A stretch of 64,000 bases of DNA from an uncultured Gemmatimonadaceae bacterium (GCA_964574295.1 CAZNLY010000003.1:56881-120880); one strand, 5' to 3'; shown: positions 44,129-53,216, counted from the stretch's first letter. Translations and numbers: made by a program. The notes: a model not told the origin generated them from the letters alone.

Positions 44129-44722
44129 TCAGGACGACACCGGGAGCGGCACCGGCCGTCCGGCCCGCGCGGCGGCGAGCACCACCTCGGGGAGCAACCG
44201 GTGCTCCTCGGCCAGCACCCGCGCGGCCAGCGCCTCGGCGGTGTCACCCGGTTGCACCGGCACGCGCCGCTGGGCGAGGATCTGGCCCCGGTCGTACACC
44301 TCGTCCACGAGATGCACCGTCGGGCCCGACTCGGTGGCCCCAGCCGCCAGCACCGCCTCGTGGACGCGCCGCCCGTACATGCCGGGCCCGCCGAAGGCGG
44401 GGAGGAGGGCCGGGTGGATGTTGACGATCCGGCCCCGATACTTCTGCACCACGCCGGCGGGCACCAGCTTGAGGTACCCGGCCAGCACCACGAGGTTGGC
44501 CTCGCGCCGGCCGAGGCGCGTGATCCACTCGGAGGCGTCCGACGGATCCGCGAACACCTCCGCCGCCACGCCGGCCTTGCGCGCCCGCTCGAGCGCGCCG
44601 GAGTCTGCACGGTTGCTCAGGACGAGCACCACCCGCGCGGGGGCCTCTCCCTGAAGCCGGTCGAGCAGGGCTTGCAGGTTGCTGCCGCTCCCCGAAGCAC
44701 AGACCGCAACCCGGTACGCCAT
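44129..44722 (-). CDS. purN: Phosphoribosylglycinamide formyltransferase
   Basis: 'RVAVCASGSGSNLQALLD...VVLVLSNR.D.GAL.RA...G........LVVLAGY.KLVP......Y.GRI.NIHPALLPAFGG.GMYG..VH.AVL..G...SG.TVH.V....D.G.I..Q'. ATG at 44722, 197 aa. Confidence 0.9.
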   Translation of the reverse strand: MAYRVAVCASGSGSNLQALLDRLQGEAPARVVLVLSNRADSGALERARKAGVAAEVFADPSDASEWITRLGRREANLVVLAGYLKLVPAGVVQKYRGRIVNIHPALLPAFGGPGMYGRRVHEAVLAAGATESGPTVHLVDEVYDRGQILAQRRVPVQPGDTAEALAARVLAEEHRLLPEVVLAAARAGRPVPLPVSS

Positions 44723-44756
44723 GGCGCGGGAAAATAAGGGGGCGGACCCCGCCTCC

Positions 44757-45329
44757 CTAGGGGGTGGGGTCCCGCCGCGCCCCAAGGATGCGCTCGACCG
44801 CGGCGCCCAGGTCCGCCACCACCGGGAACCCGGCCGCGGCCGCGTGGGCTGCGTGCTCGGCGCCGGTGCCGGTCCGGACCAGGATCGCGCGTCCGCCCAG
44901 GGCGCGGACTGGCTCCAAATCGCTGAGCCGGTCCCCGACGCCCCAGCTTGCCTCCGGGTCGAGCCCGAGGTCCCCGATCGCCTGGCGGTAGAGCAGGGTG
45001 CCGGGCTTCCGGCAGTCGCATGGGCCGGTCACCGCCGGATAGTGGGGGCAGTGATAGGTGGCGTCGAGCCGCGCCCCGCCGAGCTCGCACAGCTCGCCGA
45101 CCCGCCGCTCCACCTCCCGATATTCGGTCGGCGTGATGAACCCCTGCGCCAGCCCCGACTGGTTGGTGACGACCACGACGGCGTAGCCGGCGGCATTGAG
45201 CCGCACCACCGCCGCCGCGGCCCCGGGGAGGAGCCGTACCCCTTCCCGATCGCGCAGGAAGCCCGGGTCGTCGACGAGTGTTCCGTCGCGGTCGAGGAAC
45301 ACGGCGGGCCGGCCGGCGGATGCCGTCAT
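44757..45329 (-). CDS. gmhB: HAD-IIIA phosphatase, D-glycero-D-manno-heptose-1,7-bisphosphate 7-phosphatase-like
   Basis: 'AVFLDRDGTL', 'VVVTNQSG' and 'YHCPHYP....GPCDCRKPG' (the Zn-binding CxH...CxC of GmhB), plus 'VGDR.SD'. The ATG overlaps the selA stop (ATGA). Confidence 0.75.
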   Translation of the reverse strand: MTASAGRPAVFLDRDGTLVDDPGFLRDREGVRLLPGAAAAVVRLNAAGYAVVVVTNQSGLAQGFITPTEYREVERRVGELCELGGARLDATYHCPHYPAVTGPCDCRKPGTLLYRQAIGDLGLDPEASWGVGDRLSDLEPVRALGGRAILVRTGTGAEHAAHAAAAGFPVVADLGAAVERILGARRDPTP

Positions 45330-46696
45330 TCGCCGAGGGCCGCGGCCACGGCAGCCGCCACGTCAGGGAAGCCCTCCTCCGGCAGCGTCCGTGGGTCCAG
45401 CACCACGGCCCCGTCCAGAATCCGCCCGACCACGGCGGGGTGCCCCAGGCGGAGCGCCATCGCGAGTCGCTCGGCGCCGCGCGCACCCGGCTCGACCCGG
45501 ACGACCGTGGTGGGGAGCACCGCACCGGGGAAGGAGCCGCCGCCGGCCATCGACGCTCCCGCCACGAGCGCCGGCGCCGGGTGCCCGGACGCGGCCCTCG
45601 CGATGGCTCCGGCCAGCACGGTTGCGCGCCGTTCGAGGGTTCCGGCGTCGAGGGCGAGCATCCGGAGCACCGGCACCTCGCGGAGGGCGACGGCGGGGTC
45701 GCGGTAGAGATCGAGCGTGGCCTCGAGAGCCGCGAGGGTCAGCTTGTCGGCGCGAAGGGCGCGGGCCAGCGGGTTGGCCCGGCAGCGCGCCACGAGCGGC
45801 GCTGCCCCCACGAGGCACCCGGACTGCGGCCCGCCGAGGAGCTTGTCGCCCGAAAAGATGACGAGGCCGGCGCCTTCGGCCACGGCGTCGGGCACCCGGG
45901 GCTCGGAGGTGAGGCCCCAGGGGGAGAGGTCGGCCAGCAGGCCGCTGCCGATATCGTGGAGGAAGGGGAGTGCGTGTCGCTCGGCGAGGGCGGCGAGGGC
46001 GGCCCGGTCCGGGGTGTGGACGAACCCGACTTGGTCGAAGTTCGACCGGTGCACCGCCAGGATGGCGCCGGTGGCGGGACCGATGGCCGCCTCGTAGTCG
46101 GCGAGGTGGGTTCGGTTGGTGGTGCCCACCTCGCGGAGTCGCGCGCCGCTCCTGGCAAGGATGTCGGGCAGCCGGAATGACCCGCCGATCTCCACCAGCT
46201 CGCCACGGGACACCAGCACCTCGGTACCGGCCGCCACCGTGTTGAGCGCCAGGACCAGCGCCGAGGCGGCGTTGTTCACGACCAGCGCGTCCTCGGCCCC
46301 GGTGAGTTCGGCCAGCAACCGGCGGCCGTGATCGGCGCGCTGGCCGCGCACGCCGGCCTGCAGGTCGAACTCGAGGGTACTGTAGCCCGCCGCGACCGCG
46401 GCGATCGCCTCGAGGGCGGCGCGGGCCAGCGGGGCACGCCCGAGGTTGGTGTGCAGGACGACGCCGGTGGCGTTGAGGACCGGCCGGAGGCTCCGCGCGG
46501 CCAGCCGTTCGGCCCGTTCCGCGACATCGGTGCTCCAGTCGGCCGGTGGGCCGGCCCGCCCGCGCCGGGCGGCGGAGACCGCCTCCCGCGCCGCGGCCAC
46601 CACCAGGCTGCGCGGAGCCACCTCGAGCAGCGCGGCGATGCCCGGTTCCTGGAGGAGCCGCTCCACCGAGGGCAGGGTGCGCCGGTCGTCCGTCAC
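45326..46696 (-). CDS. selA: L-seryl-tRNA(Sec) selenium transferase
   Basis: 'LPSVERLLQ...LRPVLNATGVVLHTNLGRAPL...STLEFDL..G.RG.R......LL..LTGAEDALVVNNAA.A..L.LN......EV.VSRGELVEIGG.FR.PD.......L.EVGTTN.T...DY..AI...T..I..VH.SNF...GF........L..........D.GSG...FSGDKLLGGPQ.G'. GTG at 46696 (GTGA overlap), 456 aa. Confidence 0.85.
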   Translation of the reverse strand: MTDDRRTLPSVERLLQEPGIAALLEVAPRSLVVAAAREAVSAARRGRAGPPADWSTDVAERAERLAARSLRPVLNATGVVLHTNLGRAPLARAALEAIAAVAAGYSTLEFDLQAGVRGQRADHGRRLLAELTGAEDALVVNNAASALVLALNTVAAGTEVLVSRGELVEIGGSFRLPDILARSGARLREVGTTNRTHLADYEAAIGPATGAILAVHRSNFDQVGFVHTPDRAALAALAERHALPFLHDIGSGLLADLSPWGLTSEPRVPDAVAEGAGLVIFSGDKLLGGPQSGCLVGAAPLVARCRANPLARALRADKLTLAALEATLDLYRDPAVALREVPVLRMLALDAGTLERRATVLAGAIARAASGHPAPALVAGASMAGGGSFPGAVLPTTVVRVEPGARGAERLAMALRLGHPAVVGRILDGAVVLDPRTLPEEGFPDVAAAVAAALGE

Positions 46697-47940
46697 TGGT
46701 TCGGGGGCCTCGGCGGCGGGCGCTGGGGGGCGGGCGTCGCAGCGCTGTCCTTTGCCGCACCAGTGGCGGAGTCGGCCTTCGCCTTGGGCACCTCGAGGGG
46801 GCCGCGCACATTGGCCGCCGCGCGATTGGCGTTCCGGACGGAGTCCACCTCGACGAGGTAGGTGGTCCCGGGTGCCCACGCCGCGCCGACGCGCAGGAGG
46901 AGGGCGGTCTCGAGCGGCTGGCGCGTCGGCTTGACCGTGTCTGCCGTCGGGCGGAGGGCCAGTCCTGGCTTCGGCCCCGCCGGCTTGGTCGTATCGACGG
47001 GAGGGGCCGGCGCCGGGTAGGCCGAGTCGTGGAGGGGCTTGCTCAGCAGCGAGAGCACCGCTACGCGGGTCGAATCGGGTAGGCGGAGGACCCGCACCGC
47101 ATCCACGGAGAATCGCTGTGTCGGATCCAGCGGCTGGGTAAAGGTCAGTGTCGCGGTCAGGGAGTCGGTCACGGCCGCCCGGGAGAGGCGGGGACCGACG
47201 GAATCGTGCGGGAAGACCCAGAGCTCGCCGGCGCCGGTGCTGTCGGCGGGCACCGGCACCGAATCCCACGCCTCGCGCGGATCGAAGCGCAGGTTGCGGT
47301 TCTGGTCCAGCACGCCGAACACCACATACGCGCCCGCGGGGATCGGCGTCAGCACGAACCGCCCGGTGGAATCGGCCAGGAGCCGATAGCGGAGACTGTC
47401 GGGAAGCAGGAGCGCCTCGACGAGCGCCAGCGGGGCGGGGCGCCCCGTCGTCCAATCCCAGACGCGTCCCGTCAGCTGGTGCGTCGGCAGGGGAGCGCCG
47501 GTGGTGAAGGTCACTACCGTCGAGCTATCGCTCCGGTTCCGGCGGATGTCCATCACCCCGGGAAGGAGCTGCACCCGGTAGACCCGATCGGGTTGCCACC
47601 CTTCGGCGGGGCGGACCACCACCCGGCTCCGCTTCCAGCGCACCTTCGGCACCTTGTCCGAGGGGGAGAGGATGACGAGGCGCTCGAGGTCTCCAGTGCC
47701 GAGCCCCATGTTGGGGCTGCCACCCTCGGAGACGGTCTCGTTGAAGAGGAACTCGACGTCGCCGCTGAAGTCGGGATACACCGCAAGCGAATCAGGGATA
47801 GTGGCCATGAGGCCGGGGGGCCGGGCGTCGGGCGGACCGCCGGGCGGCGGCTCGATCTTGGCGCAGGCCAGGGGGGCCAACGCGGCGAGCGCGGAGCACG
47901 CCGCCCGGAGGATCGGCGCCCCCGACCGCCTCACGCGCAT
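46693..47940 (-). CDS. Lipoprotein with Ig-like (SbsA/Big-type) beta-sandwich domains
   Basis: 'MRVRRSGAPILRAACSALAALAPLACAK' contains a lipobox. Repeated '...V.F...PL.....Y.V......V.D...N' type segments are present, with a Pro/Ala-rich tail. The ATG at 47940 overlaps the valS end by 10 nt. Confidence 0.6.
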   Translation of the reverse strand: MRVRRSGAPILRAACSALAALAPLACAKIEPPPGGPPDARPPGLMATIPDSLAVYPDFSGDVEFLFNETVSEGGSPNMGLGTGDLERLVILSPSDKVPKVRWKRSRVVVRPAEGWQPDRVYRVQLLPGVMDIRRNRSDSSTVVTFTTGAPLPTHQLTGRVWDWTTGRPAPLALVEALLLPDSLRYRLLADSTGRFVLTPIPAGAYVVFGVLDQNRNLRFDPREAWDSVPVPADSTGAGELWVFPHDSVGPRLSRAAVTDSLTATLTFTQPLDPTQRFSVDAVRVLRLPDSTRVAVLSLLSKPLHDSAYPAPAPPVDTTKPAGPKPGLALRPTADTVKPTRQPLETALLLRVGAAWAPGTTYLVEVDSVRNANRAAANVRGPLEVPKAKADSATGAAKDSAATPAPQRPPPRPPNQ

Positions 47941-50591
47941 CCGAGGCGGTGGCGCTTCTCGGCCAGCACGGCGGCCTGCTCCTGCCATGCGGCGAGCTTG
48001 TCCCGCTCCGCCTGCACCACCGCGGCCGGCGCGCGCGAGACGAACTGGGGATTGTCGAGCTTCTTCCGCTGGCTCTCCACCAGCTGCCCGAGCCGCGCCA
48101 CCTCGGCGCCGAGGCGGGCGCACTCGCGGGGGAGGTCGAGGGCGTCGCCGAGGGGGACGAACACCGAGCGGCCGTCGGAGAGCACCGCGTGCCCGCCGGG
48201 CTCGGAGGGGGCCTCGCCGAAGCGGACCTCGTTGGCCTTGGTGAGGCGCCGGATGGTGCCCGACTCGGAGGTGAGCGCGGCGTCCGCCGCCGAGACCCAG
48301 AGGCGCACCGGCTGCCCGGGCGCGATGCCGTACTCCGCGCGGATCTGGCGGACCGCACCGATCAGCTCCTGCACGAGGCCGAACTGCCGGAGCGCGGCGG
48401 CGTCGGTGGCCCGGTCGTCGGGCTGCGGCCAGGCGGCCACGCTGATCGAGGCGGCGGCGTCCCGGCCGGGGAAGCGCTTCCAGAGTGTCTCGGTGATGAA
48501 CGGCATCACGGGGTGCAGGAGCCGCAGCGCGACGTCGAAGGTGCGGGCCAGGACGGCCCGGGCCACGTCGCCGCCCGGCTGGTCGCCGTAGAGGCGCGGC
48601 TTGACCTGCTCGATGTACCAGTCGGCGAGGTCGCTCCACAGGAAGTGGTAGACGGCGGCCGCGCCCTCATTCAGCCGGAACTTCTCGAAGGCCTCGGTGG
48701 CCTCCCGGACGGTGGCGTCGCACCGCGCGATGATCCACCGGTCGGCGAGCGCCAGCTCGTCGGGGCGCACCACGTCGCGGTACCGTCCGGCGAGCGGGCG
48801 CGTCGGCCCGTCGAGCGCGCCAAGGATGAACCGGCCGGCGTTCCAGAGCTTGTTGGCAAAGTTGCGGCCCGCGGAGAAGGACACCTCGAGGTCGGCCGGG
48901 TCGAGGATCAGGTCGGTGCCGACGGCCATCCCCGAGATGACGGTGTAGCGGAGCGCGTCGGCCCCGTAGCGCTCGACCACCTCGAGCGGATCGATTCCGT
49001 TGCCGAGCGACTTCGACATCTTCCGGTGCTGGGTGTCGCGCACCGTGCCATGCAGGTACACGGTGTCGAACGGCACCGAGCCCCGGAACTCGAGGCCGGC
49101 CATGACCATCCGTGCCACCCAGAAGAAGAGGATCTCGGGCGCGGTCACGAGCGTGTGGCCGGGGTAGTAGCGCCGGAGGTCGGGCGTCTCCGCTGGCCAC
49201 CCGAGGCTCGAGAAGGGCACCAGCCACGACGAGAACCAGGTGTCGAGGACGTCCTCATCCTGCCGCACCGGCCCGCCGCAGTGCAGGCAGGCGGTCAGGT
49301 CGGTCCGGGACACGCTCACCTTGCCGCACTTCCCGGACTCACAGTACCAGACCGGGATCCGGTGCCCCCACCAGAGTTGTCGGGAAATGCACCAGTCGCG
49401 GATCCCCTCCATCCACTGGCCGTACTCGACGCCGCGCCGCTCCGGGATGAACCGCAGGTCGCCCTGCTGCCAGGCGCGGAGGGCGGGGGCGGCGAGCGGG
49501 GCCATCCGGACGAACCACTGTTCCGAGAGCCGCGGCTCGACAATGGTGCCGCACCGGTAGCAGTGGGCCACCGCGTGCCGGTGCGGCTCCACCTTGTCCA
49601 GCAGTCCCAGCGCCTCGAACTCCCGCACCACCTGCTTCCGGGCCGCCTCGCGGGTGAGCCCGCGGAAGCGGGCCGGCGCGTTGTCGTTCACGTGGGCGGA
49701 GGGGGTCAGGATGTCGAGGACCCGGAGGTTGTGCCGCCGGCCGATCTCGAAGTCGAGGGGATCGTGGGCGGGCGTCACCTTGACCGCCCCGGTGCCGAAG
49801 GCGGGGTCGATGGCCTCGTCGGCCACGATGGGCACCTCGCGGTCGACCACCGGCAGCCGCACCGACGTGCCAACCAGCGCCGCATAGCGCGCATCGTCCG
49901 GGTGCACCGCCACGGCGGTGTCGCCGAGCATCGTTTCGGGGCGGGTGGTGGCCACGGTCAGGTGCCCGCCGCCGGCCAGCGGATACCGGAGGTGCCACAG
50001 GTGGCCGTCGCGCTCCTCCTTTTCCGCCTCCTCGTTCGAGAGGGCGGTGAGACAGCGGGGGCACCAGTTGATGATGTAGTTGCCGCGGTAGATGAGCCCC
50101 TTCTCGTGCAGCCGCACGAACACCTCGCGCACCGCGCGCGAGAGCCCCTCGTCGAGCGTGAAGTACGTGCGGCTCCAGTCGCAGCTCGCGCCGATGGCCT
50201 TGAGCTGGTCGAGGATCGTGGCGCCGGTCTCCTCCACGTGCTGCCAGACCCGTGCGACGAACGCCTCCCGCCCGAGGTCGAAGCGGGTCTTTCCCTCCGC
50301 GGCCAGGGCGCGCTCCACCACGTTCTGGGTGGCGATGCCGGCGTGGTCGGTGCCGGGCAGCCAGAGGACCTCGCGGCCCCGCATCCGCTCGAAGCGGATG
50401 GCGGCGTCCTGGATGGTGTTGTTGAGGCCGTGGCCCATGTGCAGCTGCGCCGTCACGTTTGGCGGCGGCATCATGATCACGTAGGGGGCGCGGCCAGGGC
50501 GGGGGGCAAAGAGGTCCTGCTCGGTCCACCACTGGTAGAGGGCGCGCTCGATGGGGCCGGGCTGGTACTGCGGGGCGAGCTCCGCGGTCAT
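47931..50591 (-). CDS. valS: Valine--tRNA ligase
   Basis: 'YVIMMPPPNVTAQLHMGHGLNNTIQD' (HIGH), 'HRKMSKSLGNGIDP' (KMSKS) and a C-terminal coiled coil. The ATG at 50591 overlaps the upstream stop (ATGA). The track ORF adds 128 spurious Arg-rich codons. Confidence 0.95.
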   Translation of the reverse strand: MTAELAPQYQPGPIERALYQWWTEQDLFAPRPGRAPYVIMMPPPNVTAQLHMGHGLNNTIQDAAIRFERMRGREVLWLPGTDHAGIATQNVVERALAAEGKTRFDLGREAFVARVWQHVEETGATILDQLKAIGASCDWSRTYFTLDEGLSRAVREVFVRLHEKGLIYRGNYIINWCPRCLTALSNEEAEKEERDGHLWHLRYPLAGGGHLTVATTRPETMLGDTAVAVHPDDARYAALVGTSVRLPVVDREVPIVADEAIDPAFGTGAVKVTPAHDPLDFEIGRRHNLRVLDILTPSAHVNDNAPARFRGLTREAARKQVVREFEALGLLDKVEPHRHAVAHCYRCGTIVEPRLSEQWFVRMAPLAAPALRAWQQGDLRFIPERRGVEYGQWMEGIRDWCISRQLWWGHRIPVWYCESGKCGKVSVSRTDLTACLHCGGPVRQDEDVLDTWFSSWLVPFSSLGWPAETPDLRRYYPGHTLVTAPEILFFWVARMVMAGLEFRGSVPFDTVYLHGTVRDTQHRKMSKSLGNGIDPLEVVERYGADALRYTVISGMAVGTDLILDPADLEVSFSAGRNFANKLWNAGRFILGALDGPTRPLAGRYRDVVRPDELALADRWIIARCDATVREATEAFEKFRLNEGAAAVYHFLWSDLADWYIEQVKPRLYGDQPGGDVARAVLARTFDVALRLLHPVMPFITETLWKRFPGRDAAASISVAAWPQPDDRATDAAALRQFGLVQELIGAVRQIRAEYGIAPGQPVRLWVSAADAALTSESGTIRRLTKANEVRFGEAPSEPGGHAVLSDGRSVFVPLGDALDLPRECARLGAEVARLGQLVESQRKKLDNPQFVSRAPAAVVQAERDKLAAWQEQAAVLAEKRHRLGCA

Positions 50592-51013
50592 GCGCGCTGG
50601 GCGTCCGGCGCGCCGGCGAAGGCGCCGGCGAGGTCGTCCTCGCCGTGGACGAGGATGCTGTTGATGATGCCGTCGAGGCCGGGCACCTGGTTGGCCACGC
50701 GGAAGGCGTGCGCTCGGGCGGCGCGGTCGGGGACCCAGCCGGTCAGCTCGACGGTGCCGCGGCTCACCGCGAGGGCCCCGAGCTCGTGCGGCGCGAGGGC
50801 GGGATCGTCGGTGAGCGCGGCGCGGACGGCGCCGGCCAGCGCCACCGCCGAGGGGCCTCCCCGGCGGGTGAAGGCCCGCGCCTCGTCGGCCAGCCGGCCG
50901 CGGGTCACCCGCCCGAGCCAATTCGCGAGCCAGAGCCCGCCGGCCATCCCGGCGCCGAACCCGACCACCGACCACCCGAGGATCTCTCCCCGGCTCATTC
51001 GCTCCCGGCTCAC
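50588..51013 (-). CDS. Membrane-anchored BON domain protein
   Basis: TM segment 'ILGWSVVGFGAGMAGGLWLANWL'. The BON-like segment is 'LAVSRGTVELTGWVPDRAARAHAFRVANQVPGLDGIINSILV'. I prefer the GTG at 51013, which has AAGGAG 5 nt upstream; the track start is the ATG at 51031. Confidence 0.6.
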   Translation of the reverse strand: MSRERMSRGEILGWSVVGFGAGMAGGLWLANWLGRVTRGRLADEARAFTRRGGPSAVALAGAVRAALTDDPALAPHELGALAVSRGTVELTGWVPDRAARAHAFRVANQVPGLDGIINSILVHGEDDLAGAFAGAPDAQRA

Positions 51014-51043
51014 GTGCGCTCCTTGTGCCATTCGAGGCTAAGA

Positions 51044-51060
51044 CGCGTTAAGTTAACACG
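51044..51060. promoter_or_regulatory. Imperfect 8-1-8 inverted repeat in the only AT-rich patch of a divergent intergenic region (operator candidate)
   Basis: CGCGTTAA-G-TTAACACG, with 7 of 8 arm positions complementary. It lies between the BON gene (-) and the small ORF/thrS (+). Confidence 0.25.
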
Positions 51061-51109
51061 TTCGCCGATGTTCTCGCAGACACCCTTTGCTCCCGATGTC
51101 GGGTGATCC

Positions 51110-51262
51110 ATGGCTGACGAACGCCCCCGCATTCCGGCCGCCGACCTGGGCCGCTGGCTCCTCGTGGCGGCGCTGCTGCTCGCGGGCATCGCGCTGTACT
51201 TCCGCTACGCCCCGGGCGCCGAGCCGCTCGTCCATCCCGCCCCGCCGGAAGCCGCCCCGTGA
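51110..51262 (+). CDS. Small (50 aa) single-pass membrane protein candidate, translationally coupled to thrS
   Basis: Below the track's length cut-off. The sequence is MADERPRIPAADLGRWLLVAALLLAGIALYFRYAPGAEPLVHPAPPEAAP. G/C occupies the third position in 45 of 50 codons. The TGA at 51260-62 overlaps the thrS GTG at 51259-61 (GTGA). The Shine-Dalgarno is weak (GGGTGA, 3 nt spacing). Confidence 0.45.
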   Translation: MADERPRIPAADLGRWLLVAALLLAGIALYFRYAPGAEPLVHPAPPEAAP

Positions 51263-53184
51263 GCACCATTCGCTTGACCCTTCCTGACGGCTCGGTGCGC
51301 GAGGTTCCCTCGGGGACCACGAGTCGTGCCGTGGCCCAGCAGATCGGCCCCGGCCTGGCCAAGGCGGCGCTCGCCGCCCGGGTGGATGGGGCCATCCGGG
51401 ATCTCGACCGCCCGATCGAGCACGACGCCACCTTTGCCGTCCTGACCGACCGCGACCCGGCGGCGCTGGAGGTGCTCCGGCACAGCGCGGCGCACGTCCT
51501 GGCAACGGCGGTGCGGGAGCTGTACCCCGGCGCCGGCATCGGCTTCGGGCCCGCCATCGAGGACGGCTTCTACTACGACTTCGAGGTGCCGCGGCCCTTC
51601 ACCCCCGAGGATCTCGAGGCCATCGAGCGGAAGATGACGGAGGTCGCCGAGCGCGACTTCCCCTTTGTGCGCGAGGTGGTGGACCGCGCCGAGGCCAACC
51701 GGCGGTTTGCCGACGACCCGCTCAAGCTCGAGCGGATCGGCGAGCTGGGCGACGACGAGGTGATCTCGGTCTATACCGACGGGCCGTTCCAGGACCTCTG
51801 CCGCGGCCCGCACCTCCCCTCCACCGGCCGGCTCAGGCACTTCAAGCTGCTGAGCGCGGCCGGCGCCTACTGGCGGGGGGACGAGCACCGCCAGATGCTG
51901 CAGCGCATCTACGGGACGGCGTGGTTCAAGAAGGAGGACCTCGCCGCGTACGTCCACCGGCTGGAGGAGGCCCGCAAGCGCGATCACCGCAAGCTGGGCA
52001 AGGAGCTCGACCTCTTCGTCTTCCACCCCTCGTCGCCGGGGTCCGCCTTCTGGACCGACCGGGGCACCACGCTCTACCGCGAGGTCAACGACTACATCCG
52101 GGAGCTGCAGCGGAGGGCGGACTACCAGGAGATCAAGACCCCGCTCCTGTACAACAAGCTGTTGTGGGAGCGCTCGGGGCACTGGGGCAAGTACCGCGAG
52201 AACATGTTCCTGGTGCTCGACAACGAGTCCGGCGAGCACGACATCTCGCTCAAGCCGATGAACTGCCCGTCGCACCACCTCCTCTACGGGATGCGCAAGC
52301 ACTCGTATCGCGAGCTCCCGGTGCGCTACGGCACCTTCGACGTCCTCCACCGCAACGAGGTGACGGGCGCCCTCTCCGGGCTCACCCGGGTGCGCCAGTT
52401 CCAGCAGGACGACTGCCACATCTACCTGCGCGGCGACCAGATCGCCACCGAGGTGCGGTCGGTGGCGCAGATGATCCTCGAGGTGTACGCCACCTTCGGG
52501 CTCACCGCCACGCTCAAGTTCGCCACCCGGCCGCCGGAGCGGATCGGCACCGACGAGATGTGGGACCGCGCCGAGGCTGATCTGCGCGCCGCGCTGGAGG
52601 CCACCGGGCTGCCGTACGAACTCAAGGCGGGTGACGGGGCCTTCTACGGCCCGAAGGTGGACTTCGACGTGTCCGATTCCATCGGGCGGAAGTGGCAGCT
52701 CGGCACCATCCAGCTCGACTACGCCGCGCCGGAGCGGTTCGACCTGACCTATGTCGGCGAGGACAACGCCGAGCATCGGCCGGTGGTCATCCACCGGGCG
52801 ATGTGCGGCTCGTTCGAGCGGTTCATCGCCATCCTGATCGAGCACTTCGCGGGCGCGTTCCCGGTCTGGCTCTCGCCGGAACAGGTGCGGGTCCTGCCGA
52901 TTTCCGACGAGCAGGCGGCCGCGGCCGAGCGAGTGGTCGCGCGGCTTCGGGTCGACGGGATCCGCGCCCGGACGGACGCCGGGGGCACCACCCTCAATTA
53001 TCGGATTCGCGAGGGGGAGGTGGCCAAGGTCCCGTACATGGCGGTGGTGGGCCAGCGGGAGGCGGAGGCCGGCACGGTGGCCGTCCGGGTGCGCGGGGCG
53101 GGGAACAAGCAGGAGGTGCTCCCCATCGAGGAATTCGCGGCGCGGGTGGCGGCCCAGGTCCGCTCCCGGGCGCTCGCCCCCTAA
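51259..53184 (+). CDS. thrS: Threonine--tRNA ligase
   Basis: 'IRLTLPDGSVREV..GTT...VA..I' is the TGS domain. 'HSAAHVLA.AV' is the editing-domain motif. 'RDHRKLGKELDLF' and class II motifs '...FRNE.SGAL.GL.RVR.F.QDD.H', 'GAFYGPK.DF' are also present. 641 aa. Confidence 0.95.
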   Translation: MSTIRLTLPDGSVREVPSGTTSRAVAQQIGPGLAKAALAARVDGAIRDLDRPIEHDATFAVLTDRDPAALEVLRHSAAHVLATAVRELYPGAGIGFGPAIEDGFYYDFEVPRPFTPEDLEAIERKMTEVAERDFPFVREVVDRAEANRRFADDPLKLERIGELGDDEVISVYTDGPFQDLCRGPHLPSTGRLRHFKLLSAAGAYWRGDEHRQMLQRIYGTAWFKKEDLAAYVHRLEEARKRDHRKLGKELDLFVFHPSSPGSAFWTDRGTTLYREVNDYIRELQRRADYQEIKTPLLYNKLLWERSGHWGKYRENMFLVLDNESGEHDISLKPMNCPSHHLLYGMRKHSYRELPVRYGTFDVLHRNEVTGALSGLTRVRQFQQDDCHIYLRGDQIATEVRSVAQMILEVYATFGLTATLKFATRPPERIGTDEMWDRAEADLRAALEATGLPYELKAGDGAFYGPKVDFDVSDSIGRKWQLGTIQLDYAAPERFDLTYVGEDNAEHRPVVIHRAMCGSFERFIAILIEHFAGAFPVWLSPEQVRVLPISDEQAAAAERVVARLRVDGIRARTDAGGTTLNYRIREGEVAKVPYMAVVGQREAEAGTVAVRVRGAGNKQEVLPIEEFAARVAAQVRSRALAP

Positions 53185-53187
53185 CCT

Positions 53188-53216
53188 CCCGGCCGGGGCC
53201 TTCGGCGGGTATGTTT
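53188..53216 (+). terminator. Intrinsic-terminator-like hairpin after thrS
   Basis: CCCG(G)CCG-GGGCCTT-CGGCGGG (7 bp with one bulge) followed by TATGTTT. It begins 4 nt after the thrS TAA. Confidence 0.35.

Noticed and set aside
44723-44756. The AT-rich 'CCCCCTTATTTTCC' between gmhB and purN, considered as a terminator or as a -10 box for a leaderless purN.
   Set aside because: The preceding stem is only 4 bp (GGGG/CCCC), there is no credible -35, and spacing to the ATG is marginal. The evidence is too weak to call.
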